A stretch of 64,000 bases of DNA, from positions 1,483 through 65,482 of the forward strand of contig PAOI01000023.1 of NCBI GenBank assembly GCA_002707985.1, given 5' to 3'. A program made the translations under genes and the position numbers. Source of the DNA: Sphingomonas sp. Lineage in GTDB: Bacteria > Pseudomonadota > Alphaproteobacteria > Sphingomonadales > Sphingomonadaceae. The first letter of the stretch is position 1, and every line of letters starts with the position of its first letter. Under the pieces are notes generated by a model that saw only the letters and a list, made by a program, of their open reading frames with translations, was not told the DNA's origin and did not search any database. Below, in pieces: positions 62,911 through 64,000 of the stretch.

Positions 62911-64000
62911 TCAGAAGGAAAACTTTGCCTGTATGGCGCCGCCGACATCATCGGGCATCGCCGCGATATTGCCCGGATCGCGACGCCAGAAGAGATTGGT
63001 GCCCCAGTCTCCGCCGCCGAAGCGCGTCCAGTAGCTTGCCTCGACATCGATCTCCCGGCCCTCGGGCGTCAGGTTGACGCGTTGCCGCGACCAGTCGCTG
63101 ACGGTTTCGGTGACATAATCCCATCCGGCGGGCAGGGTGAGGTTCAGTCCGCCGCCGGCGACCCGCAAGGGCTGCGACACCCGCAGACCGAACCGGTCAT
63201 AGGTCGCGAAGATGCCCTGTTTCCCGATATCGGCAGCGAAGCCGTTGGTGCGGAGGGTACCCGATCCGATAATGCCGCCGCGCAGCTGCGCCTGCGTCCA
63301 GCCCTGTCGCCAGGACGCGCCGGCGGTGAAGCCGTTGCCCAGCTGATAGCGCGCGGCGAGATCGACGAACCAGCTTTGTGCCCCCGCCGAACCCAGCGCG
63401 CCGCTGAACCGGGCGCCCAGCACGCTGTCGGCTTCGTGCAGCCGCGATCCCGTGATGCCCAGCCGCAGGTCGCCGAACCGCCGGTCGAGCGCGAGCGTCA
63501 TCCGGTCATAGGCCATCCGGTCGCGCCGCCGGGCAAGATCGGGTTCCTCCGCAAGCGAGCGCGTCAGCACATCACCATATTCGGCGGCGAAGCTGAGGCC
63601 CCATGGCCCGAAACGCTGGCGCAGCGCGACGGATGTTCCGCTGTCGCTGTCGAATCCCGATCCGGTCGTCGGATCGCCGGCGATGAGGAAAGCCGGATCC
63701 TCGCGTCCCGCCAGCCGAGCGGTCAATGCGCCGCCGCTTTCCGATGCGCCGAACGCATATTGCAGGTCGCTTCCCAGCCGTCCGGTGATCGATGCCGCGA
63801 TCAGGCGCGCTTGCTCTGCATCCTGTGTGCCGATTGCGAGACGTTCGATCCTTATGCCTTCGCGACCCGGCGCGATGCGTACCGCGATCCCCATATCGCC
63901 ATAGCCGAGCGAAAAGCCCTGCTGCCTGCCCGCCAGTGCGCCGGTCAGCCGTTTTGTCGGTGCGGCGCGGCGGATCGTTCCGGCAAATTCCATCGCAAAG
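62911..64000 (-). CDS. C-terminal beta-barrel portion of a large secreted protein (5'-truncated; possibly S8 peptidase-associated)
   Basis: Amphipathic strands, SQPLRV, LTPEGREIDVE, terminal FSF; frame open to the window end. Confidence 0.65.
   Translation of the reverse strand, partial: FAMEFAGTIRRAAPTKRLTGALAGRQQGFSLGYGDMGIAVRIAPGREGIRIERLAIGTQDAEQARLIAASITGRLGSDLQYAFGASESGGALTARLAGREDPAFLIAGDPTTGSGFDSDSGTSVALRQRFGPWGLSFAAEYGDVLTRSLAEEPDLARRRDRMAYDRMTLALDRRFGDLRLGITGSRLHEADSVLGARFSGALGSAGAQSWFVDLAARYQLGNGFTAGASWRQGWTQAQLRGGIIGSGTLRTNGFAADIGKQGIFATYDRFGLRVSQPLRVAGGGLNLTLPAGWDYVTETVSDWSRQRVNLTPEGREIDVEASYWTRFGGGDWGTNLFWRRDPGNIAAMPDDVGGAIQAKFSF

Overview
High-GC alphaproteobacterial chromosome segment; gene content and order point to Sphingomonadaceae (inference). 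It is mostly housekeeping DNA: a MacAB-TolC-like exporter, xdhC/mocA, GDPD, phhA, prmA, a subclass B3 metallo-beta-lactamase, two tandem soluble chemoreceptors, the sdhCDA...sdhB-zapE-mdh-sucD-sucA-sucB-lpdA TCA cluster, sppA, groESL with a perfect CIRCE, TBDR-phoD, the PEP-CTERM prsK/prsR/TPR locus, an ABC-F protein and a feuNPQ-like two-component operon. I saw no rRNA, tRNA, CRISPR array or classical transposase. The strongest signal is a ~400 bp cassette between mdh and sucD: a small GIY-YIG nuclease gene enclosed by a perfect 30-bp inverted repeat whose arms are themselves CGTC-tagged hairpins. A related hairpin pair with no gene lies between groES and groEL. Together they suggest a REP/REPIN-like mobile system with a GIY-YIG enzyme in the place a RAYT transposase usually occupies (hypothesis). 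Product calls come from motif recognition by eye; no database searches were run.
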